From: Exceevirus Xc38
Taxonomy: Duplodnaviria; Heunggongvirae; Uroviricota; Caudoviricetes; Schitoviridae
DNA length: 64,000 nucleotides
Reading direction: 5' to 3' (one strand)
IMG/VR virus record: IMGVR_UViG_2974723840_000001
Span: 15,329-79,328 of that record
This document shows, in pieces, positions 11,102-20,854 of the stretch. Made by a program: the position numbers and the translations under genes. The stretch's first letter is position 1, and each line of letters opens with the position of its first letter. Below the pieces are notes generated by a model. It saw nothing but the letters and a program-made list of their open reading frames with translations. It was not told where the DNA came from and searched no databases.

Positions 11102-11350
11102 CTAAGTAGCGATATCAAGCTGTACATCAACACCAGAGCTAAGCTCACTAATAGTCTTTCCATGTTTACTATTTCCTAAGTGCTTGCGTGGATTACCGCA
11201 CATATCACAGGAACATCGAGTAGGAGTTTCAGCATGAATGCCTATGGCTTTCTCACTTGCTTTCCAATCATTGTCCTTAAACTGTTTTGCAGCTAATTGC
11301 TTCTTGCGTTTAGCTTGACGGATACGATATTCACGACCACGTTGATTCAT
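11102..11350 (-). CDS. Small basic protein with a Cys cluster (CSCDMCGNPRKH); possible Zn-ribbon nucleic-acid binder.
   Basis: ORF lying between two terminators. The cysteine spacing suggests a zinc ribbon. No family recognised. Confidence 0.4.
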   Translation of the reverse strand: MNQRGREYRIRQAKRKKQLAAKQFKDNDWKASEKAIGIHAETPTRCSCDMCGNPRKHLGNSKHGKTISELSSGVDVQLDIAT

Positions 11351-11360
11351 TGGTACATCC

Positions 11361-11747
11361 TTATTTGATACGTTTCATTTTGCGTAAGAAGTTTTCTAAC
11401 GGCTTACACCATACTAAATCATTCTCACCTCTGTATACAACAGTAGGTGGATATTCAGGTCTAGTAGAGTGCTCATTAGCAATAGCCATAATGGTATAGA
11501 TATTACCGTTGATATGTTGGTACAGCTGTCCGTGTTTTGGGTAGTAGTATTGAGCTACCTTACGGACTGCTTCTTTAAGAGACTTGGTTCCATCAATACC
11601 TGATGCACGACCTATAAGATCCTTAATACTGATATTGAAGTTAACACCGTCAAAGTTAATATCAATTAGATTATCTGGTGTTTTAAAAGAAGCTATCTGA
11701 CCCTTATACATTGGTGCGAGTACTGCACGTATTTCATCTGGTGTCAT
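11361..11747 (-). CDS. Hypothetical protein, 128 aa.
   Basis: Compact ORF with coding-like composition. No motif recognised. Confidence 0.45.
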   Translation of the reverse strand: MTPDEIRAVLAPMYKGQIASFKTPDNLIDINFDGVNFNISIKDLIGRASGIDGTKSLKEAVRKVAQYYYPKHGQLYQHINGNIYTIMAIANEHSTRPEYPPTVVYRGENDLVWCKPLENFLRKMKRIK

Positions 11748-11768
11748 GGTTTAATCCTTAACAAAAAA

Positions 11769-11797
11769 TAGCCACCTATTCAGGTGGCTTTTTCTTT
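11769..11797. terminator. Bidirectional intrinsic terminator: GCCACCT-ATTC-AGGTGGC, with an A-run on one side and a T-run on the other.
   Basis: 7-bp stem flanked by AAAAAAT and TTTTTCTTT. It overlaps the 3' end of the 60-aa ORF. Confidence 0.7.
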
Positions 11798-11958
11798 AGT
11801 TTATTAAAGGCTCTTGCTGCATAGACAATTGCCCAACATAAACCAATGAATGCAGCAATGATTGCTACAACTTGGAATACAAGGACTAATGCACTAACTA
11901 CAGTAAAAGCCATACATACTGCAGCTACTATGCCGCAAAGCCAATAAACAATACGCAT
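11776..11958 (-). CDS. Small hydrophobic protein with two predicted TM helices.
   Basis: Strongly hydrophobic 60-aa ORF. Its 3' end overlaps the terminator hairpin, so it could be spurious. Confidence 0.3.
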   Translation of the reverse strand: MRIVYWLCGIVAAVCMAFTVVSALVLVFQVVAIIAAFIGLCWAIVYAARAFNKLKKKPPE

Positions 11959-12392
11959 TAGAACAATGAAGTACGTAACTGTTCAGGAGATGGAACATCA
12001 CTGTTTGCAGCAGGTTCTGCTACCATAGTTTTGATTTCATCAACGCTAGGCATTACATCTTCAACAGTAGAAGGTTCTACTTGACCAGGTTCTTCAGCTT
12101 GTGGCTCTGGCTCAGGTTCTGGCTCCACAGGAGCTGTTACTTGAGGTTCATGAACTTCAGCCTTAACTACATCAGTAGGAGTGCCATTTACAACACTTGC
12201 AGTATCAACAGATTCCTCTGTTACTTTGAGAGTTGCACGGATGCCTGTTTGTGGTGAGTTAATGAACTTAACTTCTTCCAGTTCTGCATCAGAGATTACT
12301 TGACCGTGTTTAGCAAGTAAGTCACGTACAGCTTCTAATAAGTCGCTACGATCTAACTCGATATCGATTTGTTTCTTAAACTTGATTTGCAT
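11958..12392 (-). CDS. Acidic protein with a PEPEPEPEP low-complexity linker.
   Basis: 144-aa ORF with a PE-repeat and an acidic C-terminal half. Confidence 0.45.
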   Translation of the reverse strand: MQIKFKKQIDIELDRSDLLEAVRDLLAKHGQVISDAELEEVKFINSPQTGIRATLKVTEESVDTASVVNGTPTDVVKAEVHEPQVTAPVEPEPEPEPQAEEPGQVEPSTVEDVMPSVDEIKTMVAEPAANSDVPSPEQLRTSLF

Positions 12393-12951
12393 TTTTGTAT
12401 TCCGAAATTAGCTGCTTGAACTCTTTGGTTTGAGCTGCAGCGTAGATTGATACGATGGCATCTGCCATGTGTTCAGCTTTGCTGATATTTACTTTACCTT
12501 GATGCATAGGCCAAGGTGCTTCTGGATGTCTAGCTACACACCATCGTACGACATCCCCTTTGGTGGCTTTAGGGTCACCGATAATCTTCTTCACGGATTG
12601 GGGAGTTACATATACGAAGTGGTCTTCTTTGACTGAACCAAGTACACCCATACAGATGCCTTGGCCTTTTGCTGCAGATGCGTTCTGACTACCATACGGT
12701 ACTTCAACAGTTACAATGTCTGCACCATCGATAGCATTACGCACACCTTCACATAGCAGTTCAGCAGACTCAATATCTAGCTGACTTTTACGTTTGGTAT
12801 GATCCTCTTTGATACCTGTGAGAATCACACGCATGTCAATGATCTTTAGATCACCTGTGGCTAATGAGACATTACCAATGGCAATGCCCCAGTTACGCCA
12901 AGAAGGATCACACCCTACAATTTTAAGTGAGGTCTTCATCTTCCGGTACAC
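12376..12951 (-). CDS. RuvC-like Holliday junction resolvase.
   Basis: N-terminal KIVGCDPSWRNWGIAIG resembles the RuvC catalytic Asp motif (ILGIDPG). Downstream acidic residues (EVPYG, EHMADAIVSIYAA) match the RuvC fold pattern. The track start may be GTG; an internal ATG lies at 12939. Confidence 0.5.
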   Translation of the reverse strand: MYRKMKTSLKIVGCDPSWRNWGIAIGNVSLATGDLKIIDMRVILTGIKEDHTKRKSQLDIESAELLCEGVRNAIDGADIVTVEVPYGSQNASAAKGQGICMGVLGSVKEDHFVYVTPQSVKKIIGDPKATKGDVVRWCVARHPEAPWPMHQGKVNISKAEHMADAIVSIYAAAQTKEFKQLISEYKNANQV

Positions 12952-13345
12952 CCTTAATAGGGAATGTATCTAAACGCTCAAGCGCATAGTTTAAACCTGC
13001 TAAGAAGCCTGCTTTGTGATCTTCGTTACCATCGATAACGATATCTTTACCTTCAGAATCAACTTCACCTGTAGGAATATCAATACCCACATCAGCAGGC
13101 ATTTGAAGCTTGTGATGCAGGTCTTGAACAAGGCCAGCATGCCATGCAGTAACTAAGTTACCCATCTTTTGCACATCATCAAGATAGATAGCATTGGGAC
13201 TTACATCCATTGCTTTCAGATCTTTTTCTGTAGGCATTTTACGTGCAAACGGGATTACTTTGTTTTCAGATTCAGACATCTTGTTTTCCTTGTACCATGA
13301 TTGGACGACCTTCACGCTTAGCAGCATCAAGGAGTTCTGCAGCAC
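12923..13345 (-). CDS. Hypothetical protein; the likely start is the internal Met, giving MSESENK.
   Basis: ORF only. No motif recognised. Confidence 0.4.
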   Translation of the reverse strand: MLQNSLMLLSVKVVQSWYKENKMSESENKVIPFARKMPTEKDLKAMDVSPNAIYLDDVQKMGNLVTAWHAGLVQDLHHKLQMPADVGIDIPTGEVDSEGKDIVIDGNEDHKAGFLAGLNYALERLDTFPIKGVPEDEDLT

Positions 13346-13457
13346 GTAAACGTGCTAATTCAGCTTCGTAGTGATACTTACGAGCCAATGCGTTTGACTT
13401 AGCGTCCAAGTCTTTAGCCGGAACGAAGTCAATAAGTTTAGCTTGTTTATAAGCCAT
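13272..13457 (-). CDS. Hypothetical small protein, 61 aa.
   Basis: ORF only. Confidence 0.35.
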   Translation of the reverse strand: MAYKQAKLIDFVPAKDLDAKSNALARKYHYEAELARLRAAELLDAAKREGRPIMVQGKQDV

Positions 13458-13499
13458 GGTTTAATTCCTTGAATGGTAGGGGCCGAAGCCCCTAGTTAA

Positions 13500-14204
13500 T
13501 TAGAACAAGCCAGATGGAGTTGCAGGAGCTGCACCTACAGACTTCTGATTAGCAGAGGCAGTACCTTTAACTTCTACAGCTTTAAGTTTGCCTTTGTTGC
13601 TCTTTAACCAACCATCAAGAGCAGAAGCTTCAGCACCATCACGTAGTTCAACTACTGATTGACGAGTGTCAGGGTGGTAAGCTTTGTTGATTGAGTTTTT
13701 AACACGAACTTCACCAGTGAACTCACGAGTGTTAGTTTCTTTGTTGTAGTTGGTCTTTTCATATTCTTCTTCAGTAATACCGAGAAGAACACGTTTACCC
13801 ATCATTGGAATGATTGCAGGTACGTCTTGAGGAAGCTCTTTCTTAGCATCCCAGTCATACAGCTTAACTGTACGAGTTTCAACTTCACCTGCTAATTCAA
13901 ACAAGCCTTTGCCTGTAGTTAACAATGCAATGTTGTTTACCAATTGGAAACCTGGAAGGTAATGTTGCTTACCATCTTTTTCGTAGGTGTTACCACCATT
14001 TTTGTTACTGATGTAGATCTGTTCGCTGTAGTCTTTACCGTTGTCCAATTTGAACATTAGTGTAACGAAGCGAGCACCTGAAGCTGCTGCACCTGCAAAT
14101 GCCATAGTTAATACGCCAGGATATGCGTCTGTATCTAATGTGCGTTTGCTATAATCTTGTTCTTGCTCAACTGTACCAGTAGCGCCTGTACCAAATAATG
14201 ACAT
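13500..14204 (-). CDS. Putative single-stranded DNA-binding protein, by position in the replication/recombination module.
   Basis: 234-aa Gly-rich protein next to the Sak4-like ATPase. Phage recombination modules typically pair a Sak4-like ATPase with an SSB. No decisive motif. Confidence 0.35.
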   Translation of the reverse strand: MSLFGTGATGTVEQEQDYSKRTLDTDAYPGVLTMAFAGAAASGARFVTLMFKLDNGKDYSEQIYISNKNGGNTYEKDGKQHYLPGFQLVNNIALLTTGKGLFELAGEVETRTVKLYDWDAKKELPQDVPAIIPMMGKRVLLGITEEEYEKTNYNKETNTREFTGEVRVKNSINKAYHPDTRQSVVELRDGAEASALDGWLKSNKGKLKAVEVKGTASANQKSVGAAPATPSGLF

Positions 14205-14215
14205 GATTGTAATTC

Positions 14216-14746
14216 CTATTTAATACTTCCATGGTTTTCATGGAAGCCTAATTCAAGTGATTTTGCCTTTCGTTCCTCGACTGCTTTGTCAGGATCATCG
14301 AAAGACTTCTGATAAACCTTCTTACCATTTAAGGTAATTTCGGCTACGTATTTACCCGTACGTTCGTTATACCAAATGCCATGCTCACCAACTTTGGTGT
14401 CTGGTCTTCTAGACCTGTTACGCGCATTCTCTGCTTTGGTTACTTCACGTAGGTTTGTCCAACTGTTATTGCTTCGATTCTGGTCTATGTGATCTACTTC
14501 ACCAGTAGGCCATTTGCCTGTTTTAATAAACCAGATTAAGCGATGCTCAGCATAGGACTTTCCAAACAAGGACACCTGACGGTATCCAGTTCGCTTAATT
14601 ACACACCCAGCACGGCTACCCGGAACAACAGACTTACTGTGTTGATTACCAAGCCAAGTAAGATGTCCAGAAAGATCATCATATTTTAATACCTTTGCTA
14701 AAAGCTCTTGAGTAAGTTCGTCTTTACTCTTCTTTGTAAAAATCAT
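14216..14746 (-). CDS. HNH homing endonuclease (HNH_3-type with a C-terminal AP2-like domain).
   Basis: GYRQVSLFGKSYAEHRLIWFIKTGKWPTGEVDHIDQNRSNNSWTNLREVTKAENARN is a canonical HNH_3 motif. Confidence 0.7.
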   Translation of the reverse strand: MIFTKKSKDELTQELLAKVLKYDDLSGHLTWLGNQHSKSVVPGSRAGCVIKRTGYRQVSLFGKSYAEHRLIWFIKTGKWPTGEVDHIDQNRSNNSWTNLREVTKAENARNRSRRPDTKVGEHGIWYNERTGKYVAEITLNGKKVYQKSFDDPDKAVEERKAKSLELGFHENHGSIK

Positions 14747-15479
14747 GAACTATATCCAATAACTGTTGTGCATCGTTATCAATATATGTTTCAGTCTGTG
14801 AGAACATTCCAATAGGGCCACGAATACGTTCACCAGTGGTGTTCTTTGTAATGCGTGTTTGGAATACGTGCTTATAACCAACAAGCTTGTCATCTTCAGT
14901 GATGTTCAAGTATTGGTTTTCGTACTCTGTAAGGTCGCGTAATGGAACCTTCTTCGTGTTCACGTTAAGCGAGAAGAATGATTCAATACCTACAGCTTTT
15001 AGAGCACCTTTAACTTTTGACTGGACTTTACGTAAACCTGTAGTCTCGTCAATCATCTCTTCGATATGAGTTAATATGATGACGTTCTTTGTAGACTTAG
15101 CAACATACTGCTGCATCAAGTTTTTAAAGAACTGTGAGTAGTCCTGCCAACGAGCGCGAGTGTCTGCTGCACCTACAATGTGTACAGACTCAAACATTTC
15201 CATCATGAATGTTGCAGTATCGATAACGATAGTATGCACATGAGGTTGAGACTCAGCCCATACAAAGCCTTCATAGATCTGATAAGGATCTGTGATTACT
15301 TTACGAATGAACTGGTTACGGAATGGTAACTTCTTACCTGCTTCACAGTTTAAGTAAAGCACCCCTTCTGGATTACGGAGATTCATCAAAGATGCAGACT
15401 TACCTGCACCAGACTCTCCTCCAATAAGGATTAAGTTATCATTTGTTTGTTGAACTGCGGCTGTCATGTATAGCTCCAA
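14724..15479 (-). CDS. Sak4-like RecA-fold ATPase (phage AAA_24 family).
   Basis: Walker A GESGAGKS is present. A hydrophobic Walker B strand IVIDTATF is present. The size and context match Sak4-type recombination ATPases. Confidence 0.6.
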   Translation of the reverse strand: MELYMTAAVQQTNDNLILIGGESGAGKSASLMNLRNPEGVLYLNCEAGKKLPFRNQFIRKVITDPYQIYEGFVWAESQPHVHTIVIDTATFMMEMFESVHIVGAADTRARWQDYSQFFKNLMQQYVAKSTKNVIILTHIEEMIDETTGLRKVQSKVKGALKAVGIESFFSLNVNTKKVPLRDLTEYENQYLNITEDDKLVGYKHVFQTRITKNTTGERIRGPIGMFSQTETYIDNDAQQLLDIVHDFYKEE

Positions 15480-15529
15480 AATGGTTAAGAGATTTCTCTC
15501 TTATTTGCGTAAGAGCGCACGGAGTGCGC

Positions 15530-17680
15530 CTACTTACTTTTACTTTGAATTGATTTCAAGATGGTTTGCTGTAACTCGTCTTCCGACAACTTATCAACAA
15601 GTTTGTTATTGAGTGATTTAACACGATCACCAATCTCAACGAAGTTTAGACCACTTTCGTAAAGCACCATTGCATAGTTATACAACTGCTTATTACGGTT
15701 ACCGTCACCAGTGTTGTTAATCATCCAACGTTCAAGATTGTCTAATTGTCCTTGGTCTTTGAAACGAGCTTCACGCTCTTCACTCTTAGACGTACGAGGG
15801 ATGTATGGAAGTACATCAAACAATTGACCATCGTTAATCCATACTTCATCAGACTCAGCAGTAAGCCATTTCTTATTACGTTGATTGCAAGACTCATCCA
15901 TTTCAAATGGTAGGTCTTTCATAACAGCATTCATAAATTGCTTATATTCTTCTTTGTCTAATTTCAGAATGTAATTAGTTGGAATGATTACACGATAGCG
16001 ATCTAAACCATCAGCATCTTGATGACGCTTGGTTGTATAGAATACCGCTTTGTAATCCTTCAATAGTTCTTTGGCTGTGGCTAATGGAAGTGTTCCATCA
16101 ACGTCAAGCACAATCATATTGAATCCAGGGATTGTAGATTCATCACGGCGTAAGCCATTATCGAAATGATGGTTTGCCCAATGAAGATCTTTGACCTTAC
16201 CGAAGTTAGCCAGTTTATCGAACTGGGTCAGCTTAGGCTCGTACCCTTCAGCAAGCTTATTACTTACTGACATGATTAGTTCATCCAAGTTTGTTTGCTT
16301 GAGTGATTCACCACGCAAGAACAAAATGGAGCCATCATAAGACTTCTTGATGATTACGTTGTTACGGTATCCCCAAGCTGTAGCATATTCAATTAACTGA
16401 TCTTTCTGTGGTTTAGAACCACGGAAGCAAGGTAATGCTTGCTCAAGGTCAGGTAATGTAATGCCTGTTTCACAATCCGCTAAATACTTAGCTACCTTTT
16501 CATAATCGTACTCAGGTTTCATTAGACGGGCAAAGTGTTCACCAGAATCTTCTGTTAAACGCATTGCTGCTTCAAGATGAGCAATTGTGATGTTTGGTGA
16601 GTAATCACGGAATGCGTAAGCACCTGCTAATTTAAGTACCTTAAAGAAGCGGTTAACTAATTCTGAATGCAGAATAGTCTCATGCTCTTTGAGTTCCTCA
16701 GCTCGTTTATCACAGCTGATTTTGTACTCCATTAGGTAGATAGCTTCTGCCTGCTCGATACGAATGATCTTGTTCAAGTTAGAGATGTCAGCTAGTTGTT
16801 CTAATGAACAAGACAGCGCATCCAACTGAGCATCGTTACTGCTATTGAACATCTGGTTTACGAGAGTTGCTGCATCATCTGTAACGACCTTACGGACTTT
16901 TGGAATATATCCAAACAGACAGCGGCGAGCATATCCCATCTCCAACATTTCAACTAAGTGCTTCTGAGTTAAACCAGAATCAAGAAGTTTAGATGGAGTA
17001 CCAAACAACAACATGTTTGTAGGCGTGTTGCCTTCAATACGTTCGTATCGTGTAGTCTCCGCAGATGACTTCACCAATTTATCCTTGATCGTACCTGTAT
17101 CGTACAATTCTAAGAATGCGTTAGTTACTTCAGTCTGCCCAACCAGGTTAGCTCCAATTTCATCAATCTGTAGATTGACTCCACCTGCTTTAGCTAAGTT
17201 GAGTTTATGACGTAACTGTTTAACTGCAGGAACAGTAGCAGAGTCAAATGAGAACAGTAGAGCACCAATTGAGTTGAACTCTTTTAATAAGCCTTCGTAC
17301 TCATCAGTAGGTTGTGTTCCTTTTCGGATCGCACGACTGTGTGCAATCTTATTCATGTTCTGTTCTGCAGCTAATGGGAATGTATTTTCCATGAACGAAT
17401 CACGGAAGCGATTAATGACACTATTCTCAATCAGACCAGTAGAGTAGCCCTTACCAGTACCTGAAGGAGATAAGTTCATTGCATAGATATTAATTGGAAG
17501 AGTTGATCCTCCCCAACCTTGAATACCTGCATGCATCTGAGAAGCCAGTACTCCCCAGTAGTAAGAACTAGCTATACGAAAGAACATACGTTCTGAGTTC
17601 TGAGTCTTAGCACACATGATGTCTGTAAGCATCTCAGTAACCGGATCGTAAGCCATGTCTTCAAAATTTTTAAGTTGCAT
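15530..17680 (-). CDS. Large replication protein with a C-terminal AEP primase-polymerase-like domain; putative primase or replication initiator.
   Basis: C-terminal MIVLDVDG (hhhhDhD), TTKRH and RYRVIIP motifs resemble AEP/PrimPol motifs I-III. The 716-aa size and context fit a replication protein. Confidence 0.45.
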   Translation of the reverse strand: MQLKNFEDMAYDPVTEMLTDIMCAKTQNSERMFFRIASSYYWGVLASQMHAGIQGWGGSTLPINIYAMNLSPSGTGKGYSTGLIENSVINRFRDSFMENTFPLAAEQNMNKIAHSRAIRKGTQPTDEYEGLLKEFNSIGALLFSFDSATVPAVKQLRHKLNLAKAGGVNLQIDEIGANLVGQTEVTNAFLELYDTGTIKDKLVKSSAETTRYERIEGNTPTNMLLFGTPSKLLDSGLTQKHLVEMLEMGYARRCLFGYIPKVRKVVTDDAATLVNQMFNSSNDAQLDALSCSLEQLADISNLNKIIRIEQAEAIYLMEYKISCDKRAEELKEHETILHSELVNRFFKVLKLAGAYAFRDYSPNITIAHLEAAMRLTEDSGEHFARLMKPEYDYEKVAKYLADCETGITLPDLEQALPCFRGSKPQKDQLIEYATAWGYRNNVIIKKSYDGSILFLRGESLKQTNLDELIMSVSNKLAEGYEPKLTQFDKLANFGKVKDLHWANHHFDNGLRRDESTIPGFNMIVLDVDGTLPLATAKELLKDYKAVFYTTKRHQDADGLDRYRVIIPTNYILKLDKEEYKQFMNAVMKDLPFEMDESCNQRNKKWLTAESDEVWINDGQLFDVLPYIPRTSKSEEREARFKDQGQLDNLERWMINNTGDGNRNKQLYNYAMVLYESGLNFVEIGDRVKSLNNKLVDKLSEDELQQTILKSIQSKSK

Positions 17681-17681
17681 T

Positions 17682-18296
17682 TTAAGTACCGTGCTTTGGG
17701 TTAAAGTTTAATCGTGCATACTCGGAATCTCTTGCTGCTAATGCGTCAGCAATCTTATCAAAAGTTCCTATATGCTTTTGAGCTACACGTACCACAAATT
17801 TACCTAAAGGCGTTGTGCGTATGCCTGTGTGCCCAGAGCTGTTATCTGTACGTTTAGACATGTTTCTATTGTTCTCAGCTTGAGTAACCTCTGCTAAGTT
17901 ACAAAGTCTGTTATCTAATCCATTATGGTTATCGTGATCAATGATAGTAGGAAGGTAGCCATGTACGTACAACCAAATAATGTGATGCACCTTATAAAGT
18001 ACGTTACCTATACTGACTTGCTTATAACCATTTGATACAGCTCCAACAGAATCGCCTACGTTAGAGTTTCTTGTAGGAAGTCTCCAAGTAAGTTCTCCAG
18101 TTAAAGCATCGTAGTTAAAAAACTTTTTAACCAGTGCTTGATTAACTACTTGATTAGATAAACTAGAGCACAAGTCACATAGATGACTTATCTTGTTTAA
18201 CTTGGATGGTTTATGGTTCACTTTGTAATGGGAATTACATTCATGACACTCACATAATGAATGCGAGCTGCTAAGCTTTTGTATAATCTTAAGCAC
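17682..18296 (-). CDS. HNH homing endonuclease with an N-terminal Cys/His zinc finger.
   Basis: YKQVSIGNVLYKVHHIIWLYVHGYLPTIIDHDNHNGLDNRLCNLAEVTQAENNRN is an HNH_3 motif. The N-terminal CECHECNSH...CDLC forms a zinc finger. Confidence 0.65.
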   Translation of the reverse strand: MLKIIQKLSSSHSLCECHECNSHYKVNHKPSKLNKISHLCDLCSSLSNQVVNQALVKKFFNYDALTGELTWRLPTRNSNVGDSVGAVSNGYKQVSIGNVLYKVHHIIWLYVHGYLPTIIDHDNHNGLDNRLCNLAEVTQAENNRNMSKRTDNSSGHTGIRTTPLGKFVVRVAQKHIGTFDKIADALAARDSEYARLNFNPKHGT

Positions 18297-18306
18297 TGGT
18301 TAGTTC

Positions 18307-19287
18307 CTAAATTTTTAATTCACCCGATTCAAGATATGCATCCTTTTGGGTACATACACTGAATGCGGAACAATAAGCACATGCTGTTACTTGTCCTTTA
18401 ACTACGTCAATACGACCAACACTCCCATCGTTAATGAACTTGATTTGAGCGTCACGAGGGTTGTCAAAGTTTTTGGTACTACGACCAGTAGCTTTAGGAT
18501 CCTTGTAGTACTTCCAAGTGTCAGGCTTACGCCATAACTCATCATCAGTACAGTGTGGTAGATCCTTCTCATCTAAGTTTTGACACTCAATGAGTTTACG
18601 AACCTTGTTAGTAACAAAGCGTTCTACTTCCTCAACTGGAAGTAATTCAAATTCACGTGCAATGATTTGTGCTGGAGGATAATTATCACGATCTGATAGA
18701 TAGCGATTCTTATTCCAGTCTGTAAAGATGAAGATAATGGACATACGTTCATCAGTAATAATGTCGGGATTAAGCCAACGATAGATACTGCCTTGCAAGA
18801 TATAGTCTTGGTCTTTATTTCCAGACGTATACGAGAAGGTTCCTGTAGTCTTAAAGTCAAACACACGACCATCTGCAATGAAGTCAAACTTACCAGAGAT
18901 AGTTACTCCTAGTACTTCGCGTTTCTTACGAAGTTCTAAGTACACTGGTATTGTTGGTTTACCAGAAGGTACGCTTTCAGGGTTTACCATAAAGCGTTTA
19001 ACAACCTTATCTGATACACCAAGACTTGCTAGGATTTCAGGAAGCTTGTCTGATAGCCAAGCTCTTTCAATAGCATCGTGGATAGCTGTACCAATACGAG
19101 ATTTAATCATTCCGCTTACATCAACCTCACCAAGTCCTGGAGGGACTCGTTTAGATAAGATGACTTGGCGTACTGACTTCATGAGACTTGTAGCAGATAA
19201 ACCTGCTTCAGTTCTGTCATACGTATCGTGAGCTAACCAGACTGCTACTGGCAGTGGTAGTTCTGTTCTATTTGAATAGTTAGCCAT
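18307..19287 (-). CDS. PD-(D/E)xK nuclease of Cas4/RecB-like type with a C-terminal Fe-S Cys cluster.
   Basis: DFKTT core motif is present. A C-terminal CAYCSAFSVC cluster accompanies an upstream Cys. The start is reassigned to the ATG at 19287, which has the RBS AAGGAGAAGTA. Confidence 0.55.
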   Translation of the reverse strand: MANYSNRTELPLPVAVWLAHDTYDRTEAGLSATSLMKSVRQVILSKRVPPGLGEVDVSGMIKSRIGTAIHDAIERAWLSDKLPEILASLGVSDKVVKRFMVNPESVPSGKPTIPVYLELRKKREVLGVTISGKFDFIADGRVFDFKTTGTFSYTSGNKDQDYILQGSIYRWLNPDIITDERMSIIFIFTDWNKNRYLSDRDNYPPAQIIAREFELLPVEEVERFVTNKVRKLIECQNLDEKDLPHCTDDELWRKPDTWKYYKDPKATGRSTKNFDNPRDAQIKFINDGSVGRIDVVKGQVTACAYCSAFSVCTQKDAYLESGELKI

Positions 19288-19311
19288 TACTTCTCCTTTG
19301 AGAGCACACGA

Positions 19312-19326
19312 CCACCCGAAGGGTGG
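19312..19326 (-). other. Intergenic stem-loop on the minus-strand transcript: CCACCC-UUCG-GGUGG, a UUCG tetraloop.
   Basis: 6-bp GC stem with a UUCG loop, between the DUF2829 ORF and the nuclease gene. There is no U-tract, so this is likely an RNA processing or stability element. Confidence 0.45.
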
Positions 19327-19334
19327 CCTGTAGA

Positions 19335-19559
19335 TTACTCTGCAACTACAATCCAATCTTCAGATAAAAGATCAGTTTGACTGGCTAACCAAGGCACTCG
19401 ATCACCTTGAGCTGTATACATGTAGATATACGGTAAGGTCATCTTAGAATGTTCGTCTGGTTCCTGTAATGCTAAATGCATACCTTTACCATTCCACCCT
19501 GTCCGTGCAACACGGAAGCCTTGTTTAAGTAATTCAATTGCTTCACCGAACTTAACCAT
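19335..19559 (-). CDS. DUF2829-like small protein; candidate Thoeris anti-defence Tad2-family member.
   Basis: N-terminus MVKFGEAIELLKQGFRVARTGWNGKGMHLAL follows the DUF2829 consensus (FGEAlxxLKxGxxVxRxgWngkgm). Assignment is from recalled family consensus, not a search. Confidence 0.5.
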   Translation of the reverse strand: MVKFGEAIELLKQGFRVARTGWNGKGMHLALQEPDEHSKMTLPYIYMYTAQGDRVPWLASQTDLLSEDWIVVAE

Positions 19560-20598
19560 TGAGGATCTCCTGTTCTAGTTCGTAGTCTGTTTTAAAGTCA
19601 GGATCTGGATAAGCCCATGCACCTGTTAAGCTGCCAATAGAATAGTTTGTACTAGCTGCTTCAAAGAAGTTCACTAGACTAGACTTGGCAAATAGAAGTC
19701 CTACTTGTGGAAGGATTTCATCTGTTACATCAGGGTAGAGTTTATCTACACCAATGTTTAATTGACTGATACGAGCATTAGCTAACTGCTTTAAGAACAC
19801 TTCAATCTGATCAATAGATAGATCACGTAAGCTACCCTTAGCGTAAGCACACTTAGCTAAAGCAATTCCTCGCTTTACTGCATTGTGGAACATACCCATA
19901 ATGGTTTGAATTTCATGATCATCTAATAGCTCATCATGTTCTTCTAGTTCTTGGTTGAATAACCAAGTAAGACCTTCACAGTGTTGGTTTTCATCACGTG
20001 CTGACCATGCAACTACTTCTTGACCTAAACAGGTCATCTTACCGAAACGCTGAGCGTTAATAAGCATTAAGAAGATTCCATAGATACCAATACCTTCACC
20101 ACATAGGTGTTTAACCAGTGTGTAGATACGATCTTGGAATGAGCCAGATTCTGCTTGAGCAATCATGAACTCACGCTGATTAAAGACTTCATCAATCTCT
20201 AACATCTCGGAGTATTTGATTTTCTCAATACCGAACTGGTCAGGCAGCATGTCATAACACTGTACGTGTGTAGCTTCACGCTGAATGGTCTGTGCTAACC
20301 AGAAGCGTTGTTCCGGTTGTGTGTACCACTTAGCTAGGTTCTCAAAGTAAGAACCTGCTACATCTACGTCTGCTTGAGTGAAGTATAGAAGTAAGAACTC
20401 GTAGATAGCTTTTTCATCTTTATCTAGAGTTTTCCAATCCTTAACGTCTTGGCCTAACTTCTTAACTTCTTCTATAGTCCAGTTCATCTTACGATGGGTT
20501 TCAGCTAAGTTATATAGCTCTGGATAACGGAAAGGTTTCCAGTAATCGCGTGAGTCTGTTAGACCCAACGCATCATGTTTTTCTTGGTTAAAGGCCAT
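19552..20598 (-). CDS. nrdB: Ribonucleotide reductase class Ia small subunit (NrdB).
   Basis: 348 aa with a ferritin-like diiron pattern and a C-terminal tail. Adjacent to the NrdA-like gene. Confidence 0.75.
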   Translation of the reverse strand: MAFNQEKHDALGLTDSRDYWKPFRYPELYNLAETHRKMNWTIEEVKKLGQDVKDWKTLDKDEKAIYEFLLLYFTQADVDVAGSYFENLAKWYTQPEQRFWLAQTIQREATHVQCYDMLPDQFGIEKIKYSEMLEIDEVFNQREFMIAQAESGSFQDRIYTLVKHLCGEGIGIYGIFLMLINAQRFGKMTCLGQEVVAWSARDENQHCEGLTWLFNQELEEHDELLDDHEIQTIMGMFHNAVKRGIALAKCAYAKGSLRDLSIDQIEVFLKQLANARISQLNIGVDKLYPDVTDEILPQVGLLFAKSSLVNFFEAASTNYSIGSLTGAWAYPDPDFKTDYELEQEILNG

Positions 20599-20854
20599 TG
20601 ATTAGCTCCAATAATTCAGGGTGGTATTCATAGTGAAAGTCAGATCTACGTTCTAGGATTTTTTCAGCCATGTTTTTAGCTGATGGTGTTCCAAAACGAG
20701 ACTCTACTCCTACGAATAAATGAAAGTAGTTATGCCGTTTAAACACAATCGTACCTTCACTCTTACTGATAGGCAGGTACTTACGTGTACCTGCTATTGT
20801 TTCTATGGCCTTGGTTAACTGCTCTACAGTTAGTTCCATTGGTTTATCCTTCAC
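20588..20854 (-). CDS. Hypothetical protein, 88 aa, between nrdA and nrdB.
   Basis: ORF only. It lacks the CxxC of glutaredoxin or NrdH. Confidence 0.4.
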   Translation of the reverse strand: MKDKPMELTVEQLTKAIETIAGTRKYLPISKSEGTIVFKRHNYFHLFVGVESRFGTPSAKNMAEKILERRSDFHYEYHPELLELINGL

